Positions 16,219-25,366 of a DNA stretch of 34,011 nucleotides are shown here, one piece after another. The position numbers and the translations under genes are program-made. The stretch's first letter is position 1; each line of letters opens with the position of its first letter. A model generated the notes under the pieces. It did not search any database. It was not told where the DNA came from and worked only from the letters and a program-made list of their open reading frames with translations. The DNA is from Firmicutes bacterium ZCTH02-B6 (GTDB lineage Bacteria; Bacillota; Limnochordia; Limnochordales; ZCTH02-B6): the NCBI GenBank assembly GCA_002159155.1, contig LZRQ01000027.1:1-34011 (forward strand). Reading direction: 5' to 3'.

Positions 16219-16998
16219 TTAAGCTATATCCCGCTTCTCAAGTGCGGCTGCGGCTGAGGCCACGAGACCCGCTGCGAGGGCGCTCATAACGAGTACGGGC
16301 AGCCATGGGAACGTTTCGTTGCGAAACAGCGCCGGGCTCGTCATTTGCACGTACACCGACAGGCTCCGCCAGGTGGGCAGAAAGCTCGGGATGGAGAATA
16401 TGGCCGCAACCAGGGCGGCAGCGACGCCGGCTCTCACGGGGTCGTCTAAGCGCGTGGAGACGACCAGCGCCAACCCGTACACAAACGCCCCACCGGCCAT
16501 GATGGGCACCAGGCCCGCGTAAAACGTCCACGGCACCGTGTACCCGTGGGCGATGCGAGCGGTGACGGCCAAAGCAAGCGTCCCCAACAGCGCCGCCGCG
16601 GCGATCCAAATTAGATCTACCGCTGTTTTCACCAGCACGACGGTCCCGCGGGACACCGGCCGGGAAAACAGGTATTGCGCCGACCCTCGGGCGAACTCGC
16701 CGGCCACCGCGCTCGACCCAAAGATGATGGCCACGATGACCACCGTCTGGTACAAATTTTTGGCGTGCCAGTTGGACCACAGGAACGTGCCCATTTGCAA
16801 CAGGTCCGGCGGCAACAGCTCCTTGAGGAACTGCGGGATCGACGTATCCTCCAAGAGCTGCCCGAGTACCCCGCCAAACAACTCGTAAGTCAGCGGCACG
16901 CCGGCCCCGAGCGCGATCAGCACCAGGGCGGCGATGGCAAACTTCCAACGGCCCTCTCGCATCTCTTTGTACCAAAGTGCGCGCACCGCCGCCGTCAT
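16219..16998 (-). CDS. ABC-2 type exporter permease
   Basis: Six hydrophobic segments; 'KEMRE' near the N-terminus; 'AVAGEFARGSAQYLFSRPVSR..VVLVK' motif. ATGA overlap with the ATPase. Confidence 0.88.
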   Translation of the reverse strand: MTAAVRALWYKEMREGRWKFAIAALVLIALGAGVPLTYELFGGVLGQLLEDTSIPQFLKELLPPDLLQMGTFLWSNWHAKNLYQTVVIVAIIFGSSAVAGEFARGSAQYLFSRPVSRGTVVLVKTAVDLIWIAAAALLGTLALAVTARIAHGYTVPWTFYAGLVPIMAGGAFVYGLALVVSTRLDDPVRAGVAAALVAAIFSIPSFLPTWRSLSVYVQMTSPALFRNETFPWLPVLVMSALAAGLVASAAAALEKRDIA

Positions 16999-17924
16999 GG
17001 GCGAGAGCCCTCCTTTCCGGCCGTTTCGAAATAGAGCTCCTCGAGATTCCGCTCGACCACCTCGACGACAAACGGGTTATATGCCCTGAGGCGAGCCACC
17101 AGCGCATCGATGTCACCGCTAACCTGTAGAAGATGCAGCTTCCCGTCGGTCTCGACCCGGACGACGCCTTCCCACGTCCCGAGGTCCGCCGGCGGCTGGC
17201 CTTGAAACACGACGCGGATGCGTCGCGCGGCCTCCTTGAGCTCATCCAGATCGCATTCCCGGACAATGCGTCCGTTCCGCATGAAGGCCACCCGGTCTGC
17301 GACGCGCTCGACCTCATGCAACTGGTGGGATGACATGACGACGGTGACGCCCTCACGGGCAACCGCGCCCAGGATGACGTTGAGGAAGTCCCTGCGCCGC
17401 TCGGGATCCAAGCCGGAGGTCGGCTCGTCCAGCAAGAGCAGTTCAGGTCGCTGCGCGACCGTGAGGGCCAGGGACAGCTGGCGCTTCATGCCCTTGGACA
17501 TCTTGGAAACCGGGACCTTGATGGGCAAGCCGAACACGTCGAGGGTCTCCCGCGCCAGGACGTCACTCCAAGTCGGATAAAGCCGGCGTGAGAAGGCCAT
17601 CGCATCCTCCGCGGTCAGCCAACGAAAAAGCGAGTCCTCTTCCGGCATGTAGCCGGTGCGCTCCCGAATCTCGAGGCTAGCGGCCACTACATCGCGACCG
17701 AGCACCCGTGCCATGCCCGCGGTGGGGCGCACGAGTCCAATGAGCATCTTGAGCGTCGTCGATTTGCCCGCGCCGTTGGGGCCCACCAACCCCGTCACGC
17801 TGCCCTTTGGTACAACCCAATCGATGCCGTCCACGGCTACCGCGGCGCCGTAGCGTTTGGTCAGTCCCTCGCACACGATGGCGACCTCGTCGGTGCCCAG
17901 CACTGCCCTTTGGACGACGGTCAT
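16995..17924 (-). CDS. ABC transporter ATP-binding protein (YtrB-like)
   Basis: GPNGAGKST, signature 'MSKGMKRQ', 'LLLDEPTSGLD', 'SSHQL'. Confidence 0.95.
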   Translation of the reverse strand: MTVVQRAVLGTDEVAIVCEGLTKRYGAAVAVDGIDWVVPKGSVTGLVGPNGAGKSTTLKMLIGLVRPTAGMARVLGRDVVAASLEIRERTGYMPEEDSLFRWLTAEDAMAFSRRLYPTWSDVLARETLDVFGLPIKVPVSKMSKGMKRQLSLALTVAQRPELLLLDEPTSGLDPERRRDFLNVILGAVAREGVTVVMSSHQLHEVERVADRVAFMRNGRIVRECDLDELKEAARRIRVVFQGQPPADLGTWEGVVRVETDGKLHLLQVSGDIDALVARLRAYNPFVVEVVERNLEELYFETAGKEGSRP

Positions 17925-18352
17925 GATCCCGCCTCCTTCCCGTCAAGCCGGCCGTCCGTTGGCCCGTCGTCTCCGGTTTCACGCCCTAAAGCGGCCCGAA
18001 CCGCTGCGATAATCTCCTCTTTCTCAAACCCGAGCGCCCTGGCCTCGGCCACCATCACCTCGACGGCAGTTGCCAGGCGCATTTGACGCACCTTGGCCGA
18101 CATGGTCGGGGCCTGGGCGGCTTTGACATACGTGCCGCGCCCCGGCGCCGTTTCGATGAACCCTGCCCGCTCCAGCTCCCGATACGCCCGGGCGACCGTG
18201 TTGGGATTGATGGTCAATTCCAAGGCCAGTTCCCGGACCGTGGGCAAGCGGTCACCTGCCCGCAGCACACCGGCGGCGATGGCCGTCTTGACCTGCTGCT
18301 CGAGCTGGATGTATATGGGCACGCCTGAATGCGGATTGACATGCCACTGCAT
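17921..18352 (-). CDS. GntR family regulator, YtrA subfamily
   Basis: 'VPIYIQL..QVK.AIAAGVL.AGDRLPTVRELA.ELTINPNTVARAYRELE..GFI....GRGTYV' with a short C-terminal domain. First gene of an ABC operon; start ATG 18352. Confidence 0.93.
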   Translation of the reverse strand: MQWHVNPHSGVPIYIQLEQQVKTAIAAGVLRAGDRLPTVRELALELTINPNTVARAYRELERAGFIETAPGRGTYVKAAQAPTMSAKVRQMRLATAVEVMVAEARALGFEKEEIIAAVRAALGRETGDDGPTDGRLDGKEAGS

Positions 18353-18437
18353 TGAAGTCGCCCTCTCACGAGGCCGACCAGTATCGCTGCGCAAAACGCG
18401 GCGAGCGCCGTCGGCCAGAAGTGATGAGCACGGCACG

Positions 18438-18486
18438 TTGTATCATTGTATTAGTACAATATCATTTTCCCTGGTACACATGTCAA
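18438..18486 (-). promoter_or_regulatory. sigmaA promoter with overlapping YtrA-type operator
   Basis: Minus strand: perfect TTGACA (18486-18481) and extended -10 TG-a-TATTGT (18464-18456). Palindrome TTGTA-tcattgtattag-TACAA (18438-18459) resembles known YtrA boxes and covers the -10/+1 region. Confidence 0.75.
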
Positions 18487-18509
18487 GCCCTTCACTCTCC
18501 CATCATCCA

Positions 18510-18537
18510 GAAGGGGAGTGTTTCGCGACGGGGGAAT
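18510..18537 (+). promoter_or_regulatory. Possible sigmaH-like promoter for the methylase
   Basis: GAAGGG-N18-GAAT, one mismatch to RNAGGA-N17/18-GAAT. Confidence 0.25.
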
Positions 18538-18582
18538 AACCACCACAACATCCCACGGGGTTCAACAGACCGCTGAAAAGAG

Positions 18583-19470
18583 TTGGTCACGCCGATGGAG
18601 CGGATTACGGTGAACGCCGATGCACGTCAAGTACCGCCGCTTTTCTCCGAAACGATTCGAGGGGATGACGCGCCGGGGACCGGCGCGGCCACCGGTCCCC
18701 TCAAGCCCATCCTCAAATGGGCAGGCGGCAAGCGCTGGCTCGTACCCGAATTGAGCCGCATCTGGAAAGAGCACGCCCATCGCCGGCTGGTGGAACCAAT
18801 GTGCGGCGGGCTGGCCGTCACATTGGGGCTGATGCCGCAGCGCGCGTTGCTTAACGACGTGAATTCTCATCTTGTGAACTTCTACCGGTGGGTGAAGGCG
18901 GGACTGAGGTTTGGCTTGCCGATGCGGAACGAGTCCACGATGTATTACGAACACCGGCGTCGTTTCAACGAGCTGATCCGCCAAGGTAAAGCGGACACCA
19001 GTGAAGCTGCCCAGCTGTTCTACTATCTAAACCGGACGGGATACAACGGTCTCTGCCGGTTCAACCGCCGCGGGGAGTTCAATGTGCCGTTTGGGAGGTA
19101 TAAGCGCATCAACTACGAGCCCGACCTGGCCCCCTACCAGCAAGCGTTCGCCAATTGGGAATTCCGGGTCGGGGACTTTGCCTCGGTGCCGCTGGAACCC
19201 GGCGATTTTGTGTACGCTGACCCCCCGTATGACGTCGAGTTCACGCAATACGCCAAAGATGGTTTCAGCTGGGACGATCAGGTTCGGCTCGTCGAATGGC
19301 TCGCTGCCCATCGGGGACCGGTCGTCCTGTCCAATCAGGCGACCAGCCGCATCGTGTCGCTGTACGAACGCTTCGGATTTCAACTGCGGTTTCTCGAGGC
19401 GCCGCGGATGATTAGCTGCAACGGAGATCGTACGCGAGCCCTGGAAGTTCTCGCGCTCAAAGGGGTCTGA
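18583..19470 (+). CDS. Dam/DpnM-type N6-adenine DNA methyltransferase (alpha class), apparently orphan
   Basis: 'PILKWAGGKRWL', motif I 'EPMCGG', 'LLNDVNSHLVNFY', 'YLNRTGYNGLCRFN..GEFNVPFGRY', catalytic 'DPPY'. Exact start uncertain (TTG 18583 or ATG 18595). Confidence 0.92.
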   Translation: MVTPMERITVNADARQVPPLFSETIRGDDAPGTGAATGPLKPILKWAGGKRWLVPELSRIWKEHAHRRLVEPMCGGLAVTLGLMPQRALLNDVNSHLVNFYRWVKAGLRFGLPMRNESTMYYEHRRRFNELIRQGKADTSEAAQLFYYLNRTGYNGLCRFNRRGEFNVPFGRYKRINYEPDLAPYQQAFANWEFRVGDFASVPLEPGDFVYADPPYDVEFTQYAKDGFSWDDQVRLVEWLAAHRGPVVLSNQATSRIVSLYERFGFQLRFLEAPRMISCNGDRTRALEVLALKGV

Positions 19471-19499
19471 GCCTCGTCCCGGGATGCTCAGACACCGTT

Positions 19500-21602
19500 C
19501 TACCGCAGCCGGAAGCGCTCCATGCGCGCCTGCATTTCCGCAGCGCTGGTCCGTAGGCCCTCCGCGCTGGCCGCGAGCTGCTGGGTGACCGCAGCGTTGT
19601 TTTGGGCGATTTGGAACAACGACGACGTGTGGCCACCAACCCGCTCCAAGCTCGCCTGTTGCTGTTGCAGCACTTGATTGACCTGGCGCAGCATGGCGTC
19701 GGCCGACTGCACGCTCTGCTCGATGGACTCCATCATGGCGTCCACCTCGCCGGCCCCGGTGTCCGCCTGCCGCACCCATGTCAAGGTATTGTCCACCAGA
19801 CCGCGGATCTTGCCGGTCGACTCCGCGGCCCGTACGGCGAGACGCCGCACCTCCTCTGCGACCACCGAAAACCCGCGTCCCTCGTGACCTGCCCGTGCCG
19901 CTTCGATGGCCGCATTGAGAGCCAAGAGGTTCGTCTGTTCCGCCACTTCCTCGATAAGCCGGGTGATGCCGGCGATTTCGTGGCTGCTGCGCTCGATGGC
20001 GCTGGTCAACTCCACCATGTTGCGCATCTTCACGCGGCCTTCCCGGACCAGTGCCACGGCTTCCTGCGAACGGCGCCCGGCTTCCAGCGCGTCTTCGCCA
20101 GCTTGCGCCACCACCGCCATGATCTCGTGAATGGCTGCCTGCATACGCTCCACGGCTTCGGTCTGCTCTTGGGCGCCCCGGGCGATTTCCTCCGATGCCG
20201 CGGCCACCTCCACAGCGCCCCTGGCGACGCTGTCACTGCTTTCGCGCACCGCGGCCATCGCGTCCCGCAGATTGGCCAATGCCTGGTCAACGTTTTGCTG
20301 GAGCTCCCGGAGGTCGCCCACGGCCTCTGCGGTAATGGAGTGGGTCAGATCCCCCCTGGACAATGCCCGGGTCGTCTCCATGATTTCCGCAAAGAGGCTC
20401 GACAGCCGCTGCGCGGCGGCGATCGCTCGTGCCTGGGCCTCGCGAAACGTACCGGCGCCCGACACCTTGACCCCGTTTTGGGCGTGGATGCGGCCTTCCG
20501 CAAGCTCCGACAGCCGGGCCGACAGCTCGTTGATGGTGGTTTCAATTTGGTCCGCCGCGGCATTTACGGACTGTTTAATGCGCTCAAGCTCGCCGGGAAG
20601 GGTGATGAGCACCCGCCGGCCCAACTCGCCCCGGGCCAGGCCGCTGAACACCTGGGCCATCTCGGAAAGCAGCAACTCGACGCCGTCTAAGGCCAAGTCC
20701 ACTTCCCGCAGCGTTCTCGACAAGTCGGACCGCCCGCGGGCGTCGATCCGGACCGACAAGTTGCCCGACTCTAGGGCCCCGGCCACGCTCTGCAGCTTGC
20801 GCAAGGGGCCGGCAAACTGGTCAATCACGAGCACACCGGCGGCCAGGGTAGTGGCGGCGGCAAAGCCGAACATACCCCAAATCAGCGCGGGCGCGGCGCC
20901 CCCGTGCATGGCCGCCAGCGCGGCGGCAAACCACAAAAACGGCCATAGCAACATCAGGCCGATCTGGCGCGCCACCGGCAACCGCCCAAAGTAAAACCGC
21001 TCAATCCACGGCTCCCGCCGCCGAATCTCGGCCAACGTGTCGGGCTTGACCTCACCCCGGTTGACCTTTTCGTACAGCTCCTCGGCCTGACGGATCTCTT
21101 CGCGGGTCGGTTTCACACGCACGGACCGGTAACCGACGATTTGCCCGTCCCGGATGATAGGGGAGACGAACGCACGGACCCAGTAGTGATCGCCATTCTT
21201 GCAGCGGTTTTTGACGAGGCCGGTCCAGCGGTGTCCCGCCTGGATCGTGCGCCAGAGATCCGCGAACACCTCGCGCGGCACGTCCGGGTGGCGCACGATG
21301 TTGTGGCGCTGGCCCATGAGTTCCTCATAGGCGTAACCCGAGACGGTGCAAAACGACGCGTTGGCCATGGTGATAAAACCCTTGAGGTCCGTCTCGGAGA
21401 TGAGCCGCTCTTCCGCGGAATAGTCGCGCTCGATCTGCGTTACCGGGCGGCTGCGGGAATCGATCCTGCGGCGGCGACTCCCGGGCTGGCTCGGGGGCCC
21501 AGCCTCGCCGGTAGTGGGCGGCTGGGCCGGTGCCTCTGCCTCCCAAAGAGTTCCCGGCTGGTCCGGACTTTCGACGAGAGGAGGGCCAAAGGCTGTGTTC
21601 AT
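19500..21602 (-). CDS. Aer-like methyl-accepting chemotaxis protein (PAS - 2TM - multiple HAMP - MCP signal)
   Basis: Aer-type PAS '[60 protein letters not shown]'; two adjacent TMs; HAMP repeats; tip '[33 protein letters not shown]'. SD AGGGAG precedes ATG 21602. Confidence 0.93.
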   Translation of the reverse strand: MNTAFGPPLVESPDQPGTLWEAEAPAQPPTTGEAGPPSQPGSRRRRIDSRSRPVTQIERDYSAEERLISETDLKGFITMANASFCTVSGYAYEELMGQRHNIVRHPDVPREVFADLWRTIQAGHRWTGLVKNRCKNGDHYWVRAFVSPIIRDGQIVGYRSVRVKPTREEIRQAEELYEKVNRGEVKPDTLAEIRRREPWIERFYFGRLPVARQIGLMLLWPFLWFAAALAAMHGGAAPALIWGMFGFAAATTLAAGVLVIDQFAGPLRKLQSVAGALESGNLSVRIDARGRSDLSRTLREVDLALDGVELLLSEMAQVFSGLARGELGRRVLITLPGELERIKQSVNAAADQIETTINELSARLSELAEGRIHAQNGVKVSGAGTFREAQARAIAAAQRLSSLFAEIMETTRALSRGDLTHSITAEAVGDLRELQQNVDQALANLRDAMAAVRESSDSVARGAVEVAAASEEIARGAQEQTEAVERMQAAIHEIMAVVAQAGEDALEAGRRSQEAVALVREGRVKMRNMVELTSAIERSSHEIAGITRLIEEVAEQTNLLALNAAIEAARAGHEGRGFSVVAEEVRRLAVRAAESTGKIRGLVDNTLTWVRQADTGAGEVDAMMESIEQSVQSADAMLRQVNQVLQQQQASLERVGGHTSSLFQIAQNNAAVTQQLAASAEGLRTSAAEMQARMERFRLR

Positions 21603-22112
21603 GCCTACCAGCTCCCTGCTTTCTGTTTGCCAACGAACAAAAGTCCGGAATGAGCGACTTTTCTCTTTCCTGGCCCCGCTTTCAGTGGCCTCTTGAACCT
21701 CGACGCGAACCGACAGTCGATGAACGCACAAACCTAGTGAATCCGGTCTTGGGTGCCTTTCCTCCAGGGGTCAAGCGCGTGAGGAAGGACAACTACCGAC
21801 GAGAAACCGATGCACGATACGGCACGGCGGCAATGTGCGGCGCAGCTAAGTCCGAGCTCGCCGCCCCCCCCATCGACAATATCCGGATTTTTCCCTCTTC
21901 CGTTGTACGGGAAACCAAGCGAATCCTGCCGGAGATGGTGTCACTGCCTTCAAGACGCAATTTGCCACTATCTTCCTGACAACACGTCCCTGCAACCGCC
22001 CAGCGCCGCGCACTCCGGCAGCGCTTGCGTTTCTCAAGCCAAGCACCGACAGGACTTTTGCCGCAAATGATTAAAACATGATTCACATCGTCGCCTTGGA
22101 GGTGCGGTTTCC

Positions 22113-22727
22113 GTGGGTGCACAAGGGAAGTCCAGCCCCTGGTCGATGCAGTTTTCGACGCTCACCATTGTGTTGATTCCGGTCGCCATCGGCGTCAATT
22201 ACGTAGGCAAGCTCATCGCGGCCGCGCTCAAGCTGCCGCTGTGGCTTGACTCCATCGGCACCGTTTTGGCGGCCATGCTGGCCGGCCCCTGGGTCGGGGC
22301 CATCTCGGGCGCGGCCAACAACGTCATCTTTGGCCTCACCGCTGATCCGATTTCGTTCTGGTATCTCATCACCAGCATCGCCATCGGCTTCGTTGTGGGT
22401 TACATGGCCTTCACGGGCTGGGTGTCCTCCTTCGGGCGCGCCGTTGGGCTTGGGCTCATCGTCGGCATCGTGGCCACGGTGGTGTCGACGCCCATTAATG
22501 TCATCCTGTGGGAAGGCCAGACCGGCAACGTCTGGGGCGACGCCCTCTACGCGTACCTCGTGGGCAGCGGTTGGCCCATCTGGCTCGCTTCCTTCTTGGA
22601 CGAGCTCGTGGTGGACATTCCCGACAAGTTGGCCACCGTCATCGTCTCTTACCTGATCCTCCGGGCCCTGCCTGAGCGCCTGGCCACGCTGTTTGCGGGC
22701 GGCAGGGACCAGGTGGAAAGGCTGTAG
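22113..22727 (+). CDS. ECF transporter substrate-specific S component
   Basis: Hydrophobic ~200 aa protein with 'LPLWLDSIGT.LAA.LAGP..GA', 'VSTPI', 'DKL'. First gene of an S-T-A-A' operon; SD GGAGG precedes GTG. Substrate not determinable from sequence. Confidence 0.88.
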   Translation: MGAQGKSSPWSMQFSTLTIVLIPVAIGVNYVGKLIAAALKLPLWLDSIGTVLAAMLAGPWVGAISGAANNVIFGLTADPISFWYLITSIAIGFVVGYMAFTGWVSSFGRAVGLGLIVGIVATVVSTPINVILWEGQTGNVWGDALYAYLVGSGWPIWLASFLDELVVDIPDKLATVIVSYLILRALPERLATLFAGGRDQVERL

Positions 22728-22886
22728 CCGGCGGGAGAGGCTCCCTCTGAGGGAATGGCCCCCTTTGCGGGGAAAGGGTCCCCCTGACGAGCGAGGCTCT
22801 CACTTACGGAAAAGGCTCCGCTCTTGCCGTGCGAGTCGTCGCGAACGCGAGCCCGGACACAAGCGGGCGGCTGAGGACCGGATCAC

Positions 22887-23657
22887 ATGCGCGTTAGCCT
22901 GTACGTTTCCGCCGACACGTGGCTGCACCGGCTGGACCCGATGACGAAACTGCTGATGGCGGCCACCGGTGTCACTCTCACGTTCATCTTGACCCGGACT
23001 GAAAGCGCCGCGGTCCTGCTGGCCATCTTCCTCGCAGCGCTTGGCACAGGCCGCGTCTTGCGCCAGGCGGCGTCGGTCTTCGCCGGCGTCGGCATCGTCG
23101 CCGCCACCTTTCTCATCGTCCAGGGGCTGGTGCACCCGACCAACGCCACGCCGCTGATCGCCTTGGGGCCGGTCGTGCTTTACACGGAGGGCCTGCTCAT
23201 CGGGCTGCGCCTTGCGCTGCGGCTTTACAACATCCTGTCGGCCACCCTCATCCTCGTGCTGGCCACCAACCCGGCCGACCTGACCGAAGCGTTGGTGCGC
23301 CGCGGGGCGCCTGCGCGCCTCGGCTACGTCATCATGTCGGTACTCCAGATCATCCCGACCATGGTGGCGCAGTCCGCCGCCATCACCGACGCCCAACGCT
23401 CCCGGGGCATGGAAACCGAAGGGAGCCTCTGGACTCGGGCGAAGGCGTTCTTGCCACTCATGGGGCCGCTGGTCACCAGCTCCCTCATCGCGACCGAAGA
23501 GCGGGCGCTGGCGCTAGAAGTGCGCGGCTTTGGCTCCACAGTTCGGCCGACCTTCCTGAGAGCCGAAACCCGGCCTCCCCACGCCGTGCCCGTCCGGATC
23601 TTGTGTGTCTTGACGCTCGCCCTAGGGGCAACGGGCCGCTGGGTGCTCGGATGGTGA
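22887..23657 (+). CDS. ecfT: ECF transporter transmembrane T component
   Basis: 'WLHRLDP.TKL', coupling-helix motifs 'AQRSRG' and 'ALEVRGF'. Confidence 0.92.
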   Translation: MRVSLYVSADTWLHRLDPMTKLLMAATGVTLTFILTRTESAAVLLAIFLAALGTGRVLRQAASVFAGVGIVAATFLIVQGLVHPTNATPLIALGPVVLYTEGLLIGLRLALRLYNILSATLILVLATNPADLTEALVRRGAPARLGYVIMSVLQIIPTMVAQSAAITDAQRSRGMETEGSLWTRAKAFLPLMGPLVTSSLIATEERALALEVRGFGSTVRPTFLRAETRPPHAVPVRILCVLTLALGATGRWVLGW

Positions 23658-23666
23658 AACGTTGCC

Positions 23667-24542
23667 ATGGCCGTCGTTGAGGTCGAAAACTTGCGCTACC
23701 GCTACCCGCGGCAGACGACGCTGGCCCTGGACGGTGTCAGTTTCACGGCCGAACCGGGCGAGTTTGTCGGCATCGTCGGGCCCAACCTTTCGGGCAAGTC
23801 CACCTTGTGCCACGCGCTCATCGGACTTGTTCCCCACTTCTACAAAGGCGCCATCGGTGGACGCGTCGTCGTGGCCGGCCTGGACGTTCATCAAACGCCC
23901 GTCGCGGAGATGAGCCGGCGCGTCGGGCTCGTGTTTCAAAACCCCTTTACGCAGATTACAGGGGCCAAGCTGACGGTGTATGAGGAAGTCGCCTTTGGCC
24001 TGGAGTATACCGGTGCTCCGCGGGAGGAGATGGCGCCCCGCATCGAAGAGGCGCTGCGGCTCTTGGGCCTCTGGGAGCTGCGCGACCGCAGCCCCTTCGC
24101 CCTTTCAGGGGGGCAGATGCAGCGGCTCGCCATCGCGTCGGTACTGGCCATGAGGCCGCAAGTGCTGGTGCTGGATGAACCCACGTCGCAGCTGGATCCT
24201 GCGGGAACCCGAGAAGTGTTTGACGCGGCTGCAACCCTCTGCCGCCAAGGGATAACCGTTATCATGGCTGAGCACAAGATCGAGCTCTTGGCGGAACACG
24301 CCGACCGGCTGCTAGTGCTCCACCAAGGCAGGCTGGTAGCCGACGGCACGCCCCGGGACATATTGACCCGGGCGGCGAGCCGGGAGTTGCCGGGCGAGCC
24401 TGCGCCGGCACCGCCTGTGACCCAAGCGGCGGCATCCCTGGACTGGCGCATGCCCGGAGGCGGTTTCCCGGTAACACTGGCAGAAGCGGTGGCCGTGGGG
24501 CGCCCCATCGTCGAGCGACATTCTGGGGTGGACAGCCGATGA
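23667..24542 (+). CDS. ECF transporter ATPase (A component)
   Basis: Walker A GPNLSGKST, 'GLVFQNP', 'EEVAFGLE', LSGGQMQ, 'LDEPTSQLDP', 'EHK'. Confidence 0.93.
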   Translation: MAVVEVENLRYRYPRQTTLALDGVSFTAEPGEFVGIVGPNLSGKSTLCHALIGLVPHFYKGAIGGRVVVAGLDVHQTPVAEMSRRVGLVFQNPFTQITGAKLTVYEEVAFGLEYTGAPREEMAPRIEEALRLLGLWELRDRSPFALSGGQMQRLAIASVLAMRPQVLVLDEPTSQLDPAGTREVFDAAATLCRQGITVIMAEHKIELLAEHADRLLVLHQGRLVADGTPRDILTRAASRELPGEPAPAPPVTQAAASLDWRMPGGGFPVTLAEAVAVGRPIVERHSGVDSR

Positions 24543-25357
24543 GCGCCGTCATCGAAGCTCGAAGCGTCCATTTTCACTATACGCCCGGCGTACCGGTCCT
24601 GACGGGCGTTACTTTGAGCCTTGGCCCCGGTGCGACCGCCATCATCGGACAAAACGGGGCGGGCAAGTCCACCTTTGTGCGCCTGCTCAACGGCCTGCTC
24701 AAACCGGTCAGCGGCTCGATCCTCGTCAACGGGGCGGATACCCGCAGCCTCACGGTGGCGTCCCTGGCCCGCACGGTGGGCCTTGTATTCCAAAACCCTT
24801 CCGACCAGCTTTTCAAGAGCCGGGTCATCGACGAGGTCACGTTTGGGCCGCTCAATCTCGGATTCTCTAGAGAAGAGGCGGAAGAGCGCGCTCGAGAAGC
24901 CCTGGCGCAAGTCGGCCTTCATGGGGTGGAAACGCGCAACCCTTATGATTTGGGTCTGGCCGAGCGCAAGCTCGTCACCATTGCAAGCGTTTTGGCTATG
25001 GGCACCAGTGCCCTCATCTTTGACGAGCCGACCATCGCCCAAGACTATGCGGGCGTCCGCCGCCTGGGAAAGATCGTTGACGAACTGACCGCGGCGGGCC
25101 GAACCGTCATCGTCATCAGCCACGACATGGATTTCGTGGCCCGCCACTGCCATCGCGTCGTCGTTTTCTCCCGCGGGCGAGTGCTGGCCGATGGCGACGC
25201 GGCCAGCGTCTTCTCCCGACCGGATATCCTGCAGCAGGCAGCGCTGGAGGCGCCCCAGATCGCCCGCTTGGCACACGCCCTATCAATGGACCAGACGCCT
25301 CTCACTCCAGAGCAATTTGTCGATCTGGTGCGGCGCCGTCTTTCTGGCTCTTCCTAG
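24539..25357 (+). CDS. ECF transporter ATPase (A' component)
   Basis: GQNGAGKST, 'VFQNPSDQLF', degenerate signature 'LGLAERK', 'FDEPTIAQD', 'SHDMDF'. ATGA overlap with the upstream ATPase. Confidence 0.93.
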   Translation: MSAVIEARSVHFHYTPGVPVLTGVTLSLGPGATAIIGQNGAGKSTFVRLLNGLLKPVSGSILVNGADTRSLTVASLARTVGLVFQNPSDQLFKSRVIDEVTFGPLNLGFSREEAEERAREALAQVGLHGVETRNPYDLGLAERKLVTIASVLAMGTSALIFDEPTIAQDYAGVRRLGKIVDELTAAGRTVIVISHDMDFVARHCHRVVVFSRGRVLADGDAASVFSRPDILQQAALEAPQIARLAHALSMDQTPLTPEQFVDLVRRRLSGSS

Positions 25358-25366
25358 CGCCCGGGA

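Noticed and set aside
18583-19470. Restriction-modification system or prophage around the methylase
   Set aside because: No endonuclease, integrase or phage gene adjacent.
19602-20994. Plus-strand ORFs of 362 and 287 aa
   Set aside because: Antisense to the chemoreceptor.
21617-21632. sigma54-like TGGCA-N8-GCA upstream of the first MCP
   Set aside because: It lacks the TT before GC, and the implied +1 would fall downstream of the SD.
21603-21731. N-terminal extension of the first MCP given by the ORF track (similar extensions for the GNAT, LolD-like, hydrolase, PLP enzyme and GntR ORFs)
   Set aside because: Downstream ATGs have better SD sites and match where family similarity begins.
21864-21871. 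C8 homopolymer in the MCP/ECF intergenic region (phase variation?)
   Set aside because: Short for high-GC DNA and not within a recognisable promoter or ORF.
21603-22112. Search for sigma28 promoters or c-di-GMP riboswitches upstream of the chemoreceptors (also 27428-27849)
   Set aside because: No convincing TAAA-N15-GCCGATA or GEMM pattern seen by eye.
23936-25276. Minus-strand 446-aa ORF
   Set aside because: Antisense to the two ECF ATPases.
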